Shown: positions 22,252 to 31,088 of the stretch, piece after piece
Layout of the letters: each line of letters opens with the position of its first letter
Numbering within the stretch: the first letter of the stretch is position 1
From: an uncultured Planctomycetota bacterium
GTDB taxonomy: Bacteria; Planctomycetota; Planctomycetia; Isosphaerales; Isosphaeraceae
Direction: 5' to 3'
DNA: 64,000 bases
Assembly: GCA_963845755.1 (NCBI GenBank)
Contig: CAWJTV010000010.1
Coordinates: 1 to 64,000 of the forward strand
Position numbers and translations under genes: made by a program
The notes under the pieces: generated by a model
What the model was told of the DNA's origin: nothing
The model's input: only the letters and a program-made list of their open reading frames with translations
Databases searched by the model: none

Positions 22252-22620
22252 CGAAGTGATCCTTGAGGGTAGTAAGTTCGACTCTTGCCGTTTTCCTGAA
22301 TCCGCGAGAGCGTGATATCCTAAATCATTGTAATACAAGTGTTTGTAAATTCATTGGCCGCGAGATCGCCATGGCCGCAAGTCCTTCGGAGTCAATGATC
22401 CACCCTGGCTCGCCACGTACACGTTCCCCGGCGGGTCGAAAGCCAGCCCGTGCAGTTGACCCAGGCCCGGCGAGCATCCGCCCACCGATCGTGAGGGGCG
22501 TCCCAGGCTCAGGTGGACTCGGTGAGGCCGCGGGGAATGGGGGGATCATCGGTCCTTCCCGGCGGATTGGGTGCATCGAGCGATCACTCATGTCGCTCGG
22601 GGCCGTCCGGCTCCTACGGG

Positions 22621-22650
22621 TATATGCAAAACCGGCGGGGTGGCGGACCA
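22621..22650 (-). promoter_or_regulatory. Candidate ECF promoter for the divergent PEP-CTERM gene
   Basis: Minus strand TGGTCCGCCACCCCGCCGGTTTTGCATATA, preceded by an A-tract (AAAAAAATT); single copy. Confidence 0.4.
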
Positions 22651-22766
22651 GGTACGGCGAAGGAATTTTTTTCGGAGCGACGACGTTCCTATCCAATTCT
22701 GACCAGGGCCGGGTACAATGATACCCGCGATGCAGGTTTGCATAGTGAAACCGCCGAGGGCAACTC

Positions 22767-23384
22767 ATGTCCTCTCAGGAGGACGGCTCCGTCACGGGCT
22801 GGATCGGCGACCTGAGGGTCGGCGGCGATTCCGCGGCCCAGCACCTCTGGGAGCGCTACTTCCATCGCCTCGTCCACCTCGCCCGCGCCCGCTTCCCTTC
22901 GGTGCGCCGGGCGGGGGTCATCGAGGACGAGGAAGACGCGGCCCTCAGCGCCTTCGACAGCTTCTGCCGTGGAGTCGCCCGGGGCCGCTACCCCCAGCTC
23001 GATAATCGAGAGGACCTCTGGCGGCTGCTGGTGGTCATCACCCTGCGCAAGGTCCGGCGCCAGATCGGACGCCAGGCGGCGCAGAAGCGCGGCAGCGGCC
23101 GGCTCCTCGGCGAGTCGGACCTGGTTGCGGCCGACGCGGCCGAAATCGATGGCCTCGATCGGATCGCCGGGGAGGGGCCCAGCCCCGCGCTGGTCGCGAT
23201 GGTCGTCGACGAGTACCGTCGGCTCAGGGACGGCCTGCGGAACGACTCGCTGCGCCAGGTGCTCGACCTGCGGCTGGAGGGCTACACGCGAGAAGAGATC
23301 GCCGAACGCCTGGGCTGCTCCGAGCGGACGGTGAAGCGCAAGCTCGAACTCATCCGCGAGGCCTGGTTGGAGGAGGAATCCTGA
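22767..23384 (+). CDS. ECF-type sigma factor (module 3)
   Basis: SVTGWIGDLRVGGDSAAQHLWERYFHRLVHLA, DEEDAALSAF, LEGYTREEIAERLGCSERTVKRKL; its stop overlaps the kinase start. Confidence 0.92.
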   Translation: MSSQEDGSVTGWIGDLRVGGDSAAQHLWERYFHRLVHLARARFPSVRRAGVIEDEEDAALSAFDSFCRGVARGRYPQLDNREDLWRLLVVITLRKVRRQIGRQAAQKRGSGRLLGESDLVAADAAEIDGLDRIAGEGPSPALVAMVVDEYRRLRDGLRNDSLRQVLDLRLEGYTREEIAERLGCSERTVKRKLELIREAWLEEES

Positions 23385-26300
23385 TGGACGGCTCGGTGCG
23401 TTCAAGTGCGGAGGGGCGACCCATCAGGCCCTCCGAGCGGATCGACGAGGCCTGCGACCGGTTCGAGGCGGCCTGGCGGGCCGGATCGGCGCCGCGGATC
23501 GAGGACTACCTGGCCGAGGCCCTCGAAGCGGACCGGCCGGCGCTGCTGGGCGAGCTCGTGGCGCTGGAGCGGGACCTGCGACGCCGTCGCGGCGAGTGGC
23601 CGGAGACCGAGGAGTATCTGGGTCGCTTCGCCGGTGATGCCTCGTTGGTCGCCGCCGCCCTCCAGGAGACTTCGGCCGCGATCGGAGGCCGGGCGGACAG
23701 GAACGCCATGGCGATGTCCGGGGACGCGGGATGCAACGGCACGGGCGAAGGGCGCCGGCTCCCGGATGTCCTGAGCGCAACGGCGGTCTACCGGCCGCGA
23801 GGGCATCACGCTCGGGGCGGCCTGGGCGAAGTGCTGGTCGCCTATCAGGAGGAGCTGGACCGCGCAGTGGCCCTCAAGCGGGTCCGCCCCGATAGGCTGC
23901 ATGAGGAGGCGCGGCGGCGGTTCTACCGCGAGGCGGCCATCACTGCGAGGCTCCAGCACCCCGGCGTCGTGCCGATCTACGGACTGGGGCAGGACGAGGA
24001 CGGCCCCTTCTACACCATGCCTCTCATCGAGGGCCAGACCCTCCAGGAGGCCATCGACGCCTTCCACGCGGAGGGATCGTTGCGAGGTGACCCCGGCCGG
24101 CGCGCGTTGCAGTTCCGCGGCCTGCTCCAGCAGCTCATCGCGGTCTGCAACACGATGGCCTACGCCCACGACCAGGGGATAATCCATCGCGACCTGAAGC
24201 CCTCGAACATCATGCTCGGCCGCTATGGCGAGACGCTGGTGATGGACTGGGGGCTGGCCAAGCGAATCGGGACGGACGACGCCCGCGGCGAGGCCGAACG
24301 GGAGGCACCCTCACCGAGCCCATCGCCCGACGCCCTGACCGCGACGGGTGCCGTCCTGGGGACCCCGCAGTACATGAGCCCGGAGCAGGCCCGGGGCGAG
24401 CCGACCAGCCCGGCTAGCGATCTCTTCAGCCTGGGCCTGATCCTTTACGCAATCCTGACCGGGAAGTCGCCCTATGCCGACGCGGTGCTCCGGGGCGGCC
24501 GCCTCCATGAAGCCGTGCGCGAGGCCGCCGTCGTCCCGCCGCGGCGGCGCGAGCCGGGCCTACCCGGTGCGCTTGAGGCGGTCTGTCTCAGGGCCCTGGC
24601 GGCGCGATCCGAGGATCGATATTCCAGCCCCCGCGACCTGGCCGACGACCTCTCGAAATGGCTTGCCGATGAGTCGGTCGGCGCCTATCGCGACCCGATT
24701 GCCGATCGGGCGCGGCGATGGATGAAGCGGCATCGGACCGCGGTGACCGGCGGGGCCATTGCCCTGCTGGCCGTCGTCATCGGGCTGGGGGCCGTGACGG
24801 GCATCCAGGCCGGGCACAACCGCGATCTGGGGCAGGCCAACGACGCGATCAATCGGGAGAAGAATACGGCCGATAGGGCACTGGAGGAATCGGAGGCGGC
24901 GCGGCGACGGGCCGAGTCCGTGCTGGACTTCCTCAGCAACGATGTGCTGGCAGCCGCCCGACCCGAGGGCCAGGCAGGGGGCCTGGGAAAGGATGTGACG
25001 GTCCGGAAGGCGGTTGACGCCGCCGAGCCGAAGGTCGCTGAATCGTTCAAGGACCAGCCGATCATCGAGGCGGCGATCCGCCATACGTTCGGATTGACGT
25101 ATTTCTTTCTGGGTGAGTCTCAGCGGGCAATCCGACAGCACGAGCGAGCTCTGGAGCTGCGCCAGATGAACCTGGGCCCTGCCCATCCCGATACGCTGCG
25201 AAGCTGCCAGGCCGTTGCCGCCGACTACTACGACGCTGGCCGCGTCGCCGAGGCCGTTGAAATGAGCCGGACCACGCTGGAACGGTGGCAGGCCACGCTC
25301 GGACCCGACCACCCCGATACGCTCCTGAGCCGCAACCAAGTCGCCGGGTTCTACGTCGAAACCGGCCGCATCACGGAGGCCATCGACTTGCTCCGGCCCA
25401 CCCTGGAACGGCGGCAGGCCACGCTCGGACCCGACCACCCCGATACGCTCCAGAGCCGTGGTTTCCTCGCCGCGGCCTACCGCGTCGCCGGCCGGATCGC
25501 CGAGGCCATCGAGCTGGACCGGGCCACCCTGGAGCGGCGCCGGGCCACGCTCGGGCCCGACCACCCCGATACGCTCCAGAGCCGCAATAACCTCGCCGTG
25601 GACTACCTCGAGGCTGGCCGGGTCGCCGAGGCCATCGAGCTTCACCGATCCACCCTGGAGCGGCGCGAGGCCACGCTCGGCCCTGACCACATCCTTACGC
25701 TCCAGAGTCGCGGAAACCTCGCCGCGGCCTACGTTGACTCCAACCGAATCACGGAGGTCATCGACCTGCTCGGGCCCACCCTGGAGCAATGTCGGGCCAA
25801 GTTCGGTCCCGACCACCCCGATATGCTCCTGCGCTGCCACTTCCTCGCCGTCGCCTACCGCATTGCCGGCCGGGTCGCCGAGGCCATCGAGCTGGACCGG
25901 GCCACCTTGGAGCGGCGCCGGGCCACGCTCGGCCCTGACCACTCTGATACGCTCCAGAGCCGCAATAACCTCGCCGTAGACTACCTCGAGGCTGGCCGGG
26001 TCGCCGAGGCCATCGACCTGCACCGGTCCACCCTGGAGCGGCGCCAGGCCACGCTCGGCCCTGACCACATCCTTACGCTCCAGAGTCGCGGAAACCTCGC
26101 CGCGGCTTACCGCGTTGCCGGCCGGATCGACGAGGCCATCGAGCTGCTTGTGCCCACACTCGAGTTGATGGAGACCAAGCTCGGCCCCGTCCATACCTAC
26201 ACGTTCAATACCCGGAGCAGCCTCGCGGAAGTTTATGGGTCGCGCGGACGATGGGCGGACGCCGAGCCGCTGCGTCGCCGCTCGGTGGACTGCCGCCGTA

Positions 26301-26710
26301 AGGCCGAGATGCCAAGTGACCTCCTCGCCAACGATCTCGCCCAGCTCGGCCGGAACCTGCTGAATCAGGAGAAGTGGTCGGACGCCGAGCCGGTCCTGCG
26401 GGAATGCTTGGACCTCCGCGAGAAGGCTGTCCCCGACACCTGGTTGCGGTTCAACACAATGAGTGAGCTCGGAGGGGCCTTGCTCGGTCGGGGGCGATAT
26501 GCCGAGGCCGAGCCGCTTGTCGTGCCCGGGTACGAGGGGATGAAGGCCCGGGAGGCGAAGATCCCCGCAGTCGGGAAGGCTCGCCTGTTCGAGGCGGCGT
26601 TGCGGGTCGTGCGGCTGTATGAGGGAAGGGGTAAGGCGGCCCAGGCGAATGCCTGGAGGGAGAGGCTCGGCCTTGTTGACTTGCCCGCCGACGTCTTCGC
26701 CCAGCCATGA
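23384..26710 (+). CDS. Membrane Ser/Thr kinase with 42-aa TPR repeats (module 3)
   Basis: HARGGLGEV, HRDLKPSN, DWG, GTPQYMSPE; TM after WMKRHR; about 9 LGPDHPDTL-type repeats; ends DLPADVFAQP. Confidence 0.95.
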   Translation: MDGSVRSSAEGRPIRPSERIDEACDRFEAAWRAGSAPRIEDYLAEALEADRPALLGELVALERDLRRRRGEWPETEEYLGRFAGDASLVAAALQETSAAIGGRADRNAMAMSGDAGCNGTGEGRRLPDVLSATAVYRPRGHHARGGLGEVLVAYQEELDRAVALKRVRPDRLHEEARRRFYREAAITARLQHPGVVPIYGLGQDEDGPFYTMPLIEGQTLQEAIDAFHAEGSLRGDPGRRALQFRGLLQQLIAVCNTMAYAHDQGIIHRDLKPSNIMLGRYGETLVMDWGLAKRIGTDDARGEAEREAPSPSPSPDALTATGAVLGTPQYMSPEQARGEPTSPASDLFSLGLILYAILTGKSPYADAVLRGGRLHEAVREAAVVPPRRREPGLPGALEAVCLRALAARSEDRYSSPRDLADDLSKWLADESVGAYRDPIADRARRWMKRHRTAVTGGAIALLAVVIGLGAVTGIQAGHNRDLGQANDAINREKNTADRALEESEAARRRAESVLDFLSNDVLAAARPEGQAGGLGKDVTVRKAVDAAEPKVAESFKDQPIIEAAIRHTFGLTYFFLGESQRAIRQHERALELRQMNLGPAHPDTLRSCQAVAADYYDAGRVAEAVEMSRTTLERWQATLGPDHPDTLLSRNQVAGFYVETGRITEAIDLLRPTLERRQATLGPDHPDTLQSRGFLAAAYRVAGRIAEAIELDRATLERRRATLGPDHPDTLQSRNNLAVDYLEAGRVAEAIELHRSTLERREATLGPDHILTLQSRGNLAAAYVDSNRITEVIDLLGPTLEQCRAKFGPDHPDMLLRCHFLAVAYRIAGRVAEAIELDRATLERRRATLGPDHSDTLQSRNNLAVDYLEAGRVAEAIDLHRSTLERRQATLGPDHILTLQSRGNLAAAYRVAGRIDEAIELLVPTLELMETKLGPVHTYTFNTRSSLAEVYGSRGRWADAEPLRRRSVDCRRKAEMPSDLLANDLAQLGRNLLNQEKWSDAEPVLRECLDLREKAVPDTWLRFNTMSELGGALLGRGRYAEAEPLVVPGYEGMKAREAKIPAVGKARLFEAALRVVRLYEGRGKAAQANAWRERLGLVDLPADVFAQP
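25170..26230 (+). repeat. 126-bp tandem repeats encoding TPR units, with a higher-order 378-bp duplication
   Basis: GCCACGCTCGG..CCxGACCAC recurs every 126 bp; block 25488-25733 is near-identical to 25866-26111. Confidence 0.85.
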
Positions 26711-26928
26711 CGCGGCGGCCCCGAGTGGGGGTGCAGGAGGACATAGGGGCGGGGGCACATCCCTATCTCTTGACGCGCTTGGGGCAGCTTGGAGAATCGC
26801 CCGCTGGCTATTCGGCGGCTCGCGGTCGGCCCCTCGGTCGCAGGCTATACCAGGGGACATCGTGAATATCGACAGTTGTCAGAGATGCCGGCCATTCGGA
26901 CGGCCTCTTCCGTTCCTCCCCGCCGTTT

Positions 26929-27502
26929 GAAGCCAGGATCCGGCGCTACCGAGAGGTCTGCGCGTTCATTAGATCAATTCTTGAACCAAGAAGAACAAAC
27001 GAGGCGGATCATGGGGCAGACGAACTTTCCGATCGAGGAAAAGACGATGGAGCCGGTCCTGATCGCGGGCATTCGCATGAAAGGCCGATACGCCGACTGC
27101 GGCCCGGCGTTCGGGCGGATCGGCAAACACTTCGGTCGCACCATCTGCGGCAAACCATTCCTCCTCCACTACAATGCGGAGTTCCGCGAAGACGACGCAG
27201 AGTTCGAGGTCTGTATGCCAATCCACGGTGGGAAGGCGACGGACGGAATCTCCGTGCGAGACCTGGCCGGCGGCCGTTGTGTGTCGTTGATGCACAAGGG
27301 GCCCTACGAGGTACTCGGCCGATCCTACGCCAAAGTCCTTGAATACGTTCGATCGAAAGGCTACCCGATCGCGATGCCGACTCGGGAAGTCTACTACAAA
27401 GGACCCGGCATGATCTTCCGCGGGAATCCCAAGAATTACTTGACCGAGATCCAGATACCGATTCAGGCCGTATCCGCCGCGGTCTCCGTTGCACCGGGCT
27501 GA
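26929..27502 (+). CDS. GyrI-like ligand-binding domain, probably a 5'-truncated MerR/BmrR-type regulator
   Basis: HKGPYEVLGRSY and PTREVYYKGPG...YLTEIQIP are GyrI-like motifs; preceded by a helix (EARIRRYREV/RSLDQFL) but no HTH; possible start at ATG 27011. Confidence 0.65.
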
Positions 27503-28391
27503 TCTTGTGGGTCGGGCCGGATTCCCGTCACGCCTACCCGCGCCAGCTTCTCCGGATTGCGGACGACGAAGCACGTGGCGATGCGGCCGTCGACGATGTC
27601 GAACGCAATGACCTGGACGGCCTGCCCGTCGACGATCGCCAGGAGTCCCGGCTGGCCGTTGACGCTCACCCATCTCAGTTCGAGACTGGCCGGGGCCTTC
27701 TTCATGGTGCTGAGGAAGAGGTGCGCGATGCGGTCCGCGCCGTGGATCGGGACGAGGGCTGCGGTGGCCTTGCCGCCGCCGTCGCTGTAGAGCACGGCGT
27801 CGGTCGCCAGCAGGCCCACCAGGCCCTCGAGGTCGCCGGTCGAGCAGGCCTGAAGGAAAGCGCCTGTGAGCCGCCGGGCCTCGGCGGGTTCGGCCTCGAA
27901 ACGTGGTCGGCGCTCGCGGATCCGCTTCTCGGCGCGGCTGACGAGCTGTCGACAATTCGCCTCAGACTGATTGAGGATCTGACCGATTTCCTCGTAGCCA
28001 TAATCGAAGACCCGACGGAGGAGATACGCCGCTCGTTCGACGGGTGAAAGACTCTCGAGTACGACAAGCAGGGCCATCGAAATCGATTCGGCGGCCTCCA
28101 GCCGGCCGCTCGCCTCGGTCTCGCCCGACTCGACGACCGGCTCGGGGAGCCACGGACCGACATAGTTCATCTTGCGCGCATCCACCGCCTGGCGCTGGTC
28201 GATACAGAGTCGGGTCACGATCGATGTCAGATATGCCTTCGGGGAAGCTACCGCGGACCGGTCCTCCCGGTCCAGCGCAAGTAGGCGTCCTGGACGACAT
28301 CATCCGCGTCCGCCAGCGACCCGAGCATGCGATAGGCCAGTCGCACGAGGACCGGTCGCAGCTCTTCGAAGGTAGCGTCAACCTGTCTCAT
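27463..28391 (-). CDS. sigJ: ECF41 (SigJ-like) sigma factor with C-terminal SnoaL domain; frameshift near 28265
   Basis: LAYRMLGSLADADDVVQDAYLRW, YVGPWLPEP linker, SDGGGK and NPEKL motifs. Confidence 0.88.
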
Positions 28392-29728
28392 GGGTGAGAC
28401 TCCATTCGCGGCCGACCGATGTTTTCGCTAGAACCGCAAGGACGCGATCCGACGCCTCGGAGGCACTGGCGGCCGAGGCGTCGGCGAGCAGCCCCTCAGA
28501 ACCGACCCAATCGCCCGCGAGGAAGATGTTGGGTAAGCCCGGCACCGTGACCTCCGGCCGGCCGCGAAGACCGTCCTCTTCGGCACAGGGAAGACTATTG
28601 GCGACCGTCATCCCGGGGAGAAACCGTCGAGCGATCGTCAATGCCCGCCATCCCGGTTGAAGCCCGTCCAGGAGCCCTTCCAACTCGGCCTCGATGTCCC
28701 TGGTGTTCTCGACCATCTCACTCCGAAGGTACTTCATCACGTGCAAGACCGCCACGTTCGGCGGTCCCAGCTCGGCCGCCGCCGAGTGCACCGAGTAGTA
28801 CAAGGGGCGGTCCAGTCCGAAGGCCACGCAGCAATTCGGATCCGGCAACCGGCTGAGCGCGACGTCGAGGCAGGCGGCACGGACCGGGATACATGCCGCC
28901 GACCATTCGACGAGCGATGCCTCCGCCGGTCAGATCGAGAAGGTCACAAGCGGTCTCGGGGTCAACCGCCAGAATGGCCGCGCGACCGCGAATCTCCTCA
29001 CCATTCGCGAGCCGCAGAGACACACCATCCTCACCGCTACGCACCGAGGTGACTCGCGACCCGGTTCGTATCGTGCCCCCGCGCTCACGGGCCTGGCTGC
29101 GAAGGCCATCCACCAGCGACTGCCAGCCCCCGTCGAGATACCAGACGTTCCCCTGCAACGCGAGTCGGAACTGGTCCAGTGCGGCGCCCGCGGACATCCG
29201 TTCGGCGTCGTCGATGTAGGTGGCCACCCGGAAGAGCGTGCGGAAGAACCAGGCCAGATTACCGCGTCCCGCTGACCGCTCGATCCATTCGGCGAGCGGG
29301 ATTCCATCGAGGGGTCGGGTATCCAGTCGCCCAAGGGTCCCGAAGATCGTGAGTGCGGTCATCTTCTCTCGTATCGAGAAATGTCGCGAGAAGAGGAGCC
29401 CCATCAACCCTCGGGGCAGCGGAAGCGTCCTCTCACCGGAGATCAACAACGCGCCCCGCGTTCTCGGAAATCCCCCGGAAAAGGGAATCCCCAGCTCCTC
29501 GAAGAGTCGAAACGCGCGCCCACGGCAATACAGCGCGTGGGGCCCAAGGTTGAAATGGATGTCGCGTTCGACGCGGGTCGCAGCGCCGCCGCCCAGCGTG
29601 CTCGATCGCTCGAGCACCAGGACGCTCCGGCCGGCTCGAGCGGTCAGATTGGCAGCAAACAGGCCGGCCAATCCTCCGCCAACGATGATCGCGTCTGCCT
29701 GAAAACCAGGATCGACTCGGTCGTGCAT
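28378..29728 (-). CDS. FAD-dependent oxidoreductase (phytoene-dehydrogenase-like); frameshifts near 28860-28930
   Basis: IIVGGGLAGL Rossmann motif, FNLGPHALY, YLDGGW, C-terminal FLAGDWVG...LADAS. Confidence 0.85.
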
Positions 29729-29771
29729 GTTCGTCTGCTCCTCGGGTCACGAAATGACTGCCATCGGAAGA

Positions 29772-29798
29772 GACAGACAACGTCGGAGTTTTGTGACA
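29772..29798 (-). promoter_or_regulatory. ECF41 target promoter TGTCACA-N16-TGTC
   Basis: Minus strand TGTCACA aaactccgacgttgtc TGTC, about 45 bp upstream of the oxidoreductase; one mismatch to the known ECF41 consensus TGTCACA-N16-CGTC. Confidence 0.8.
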
Positions 29799-29991
29799 AA
29801 TCGCCGGGACTCTTCGGGGCGAGCACGCCCTGGACGCGACCTAAGATGCGGACGGGCGATGATCTGGGTCGATTCCGGGTTGCGGAAACCGTTGCCATTC
29901 GTTAAAGACTCATCTTTGGCAGGGAGTCGAACAGGAGCTCGTTCACAGCAGGATGCCCGGGTTGATCGACGGACGGCAAGGAGGCGGCAAC

Positions 29992-30705
29992 ATGGAATAC
30001 CACAAGGACCAGGCCACCGAGGAGTTCAGCCGTTGGAGTGAGAGCTACGATCGTTGCATCCTTCAATGGTTGATCTTCGGGCCGTCTCACCGTGTCCTGA
30101 TACGTCGGATCCGCGAGGTGGTGGATGATCGACCCGCCCGGATCCTTGATGTCGGCTGTGGCACGGGCCTTTTCGCGTCGCGACTCCGTGCTGTCCTGCC
30201 CCAGGTTGAAGTCTGGGGGGTGGACCTGGTCTCGGCGATGTTGAGTAAAGGCCAGCGACGCTGGCGATCGCAATACGAACACGTCCTGCCGATCCAGGGC
30301 GATAGCGAGCGGCTCCCGTTCGCGTCCGGGACTTTCGACGTCGTCACCTGTGCGAACAGCTTCCACCATTATCCGCGCCAGGCGCGTGCGATCGCCGAGA
30401 TGGCCCGCGTGCTCCGTGGCGGTGGCCGTCTGATGATCATCGACGGATATCGTGACAGCATTTGGGGCTGGTTCATCTTCGACGTGTGCGTTTCGACGAT
30501 CGAAGGTGCAGTCCACCATGCCTCCGCCCGGCGCTTCCACGATCTGATGGCCGATGTCGGACTGCAAGCCATCGCGCAACGTCCGTTCCGTGGCCTCGCC
30601 CCGTTCCTGTTGAACGAGGGGATCGCTGCCGATCCCGTATCCACGATCCCCTCACCGCATTTTTGCTTTCAACAGGCCAGGAATCGCAATCCGTCACACT
30701 CCTGA
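29992..30705 (+). CDS. Class I SAM-dependent methyltransferase (UbiE/type 11-like)
   Basis: AAGGAGG RBS; ILDVGCGTG, GDSERLPF, FDVV...SFHH, RVLRGGGRL. Confidence 0.9.
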   Translation: MEYHKDQATEEFSRWSESYDRCILQWLIFGPSHRVLIRRIREVVDDRPARILDVGCGTGLFASRLRAVLPQVEVWGVDLVSAMLSKGQRRWRSQYEHVLPIQGDSERLPFASGTFDVVTCANSFHHYPRQARAIAEMARVLRGGGRLMIIDGYRDSIWGWFIFDVCVSTIEGAVHHASARRFHDLMADVGLQAIAQRPFRGLAPFLLNEGIAADPVSTIPSPHFCFQQARNRNPSHS

Positions 30706-31088
30706 TGACCTGGACACGAACGGCGAGGCGAATTCGAAAATTGCGCCATCTCGCTTGCGGGACAGATGACCTCGGCTGTCCCAATAGGAATGACCCGCTC
30801 GTCGGTTCTACCGCCTCAAATACGGGAGCCGCTGGTCTCTCCCCGATTCCGGATGGATCGAGCGACTGAGCGGCTGTGAAAGAATCGATTCAAAACCGCA
30901 GATTCGAGATTTCCAATGGATGTAAAGCCTGATATATCAGAGATTTAAGATTCTCGAACCTGGCATTCGGAATCGGGAATCCGATCCTTTCAAAAACCAT
31001 GAGTCCGTCGCCCCACGATCCCTTGCTGTAAGATAGTCGAACGCCACAAATGGATCGCCGTTTCATCCACTGCATCACGCTCGACTGA

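Noticed and set aside
25170..26230. Regularly spaced repeats as a possible CRISPR array
   Set aside because: The 126-bp period is in-frame coding for TPR units, there are no unique spacers, and no cas genes are present.
24560..26860. Long antisense ORFs (e.g. 24560-26860, 31110-32666, 39434-41557, 50734-52410, 59152-61146, 28-708)
   Set aside because: Shadow ORFs opposite well-supported genes, expected in high-GC DNA; no recognisable motifs.
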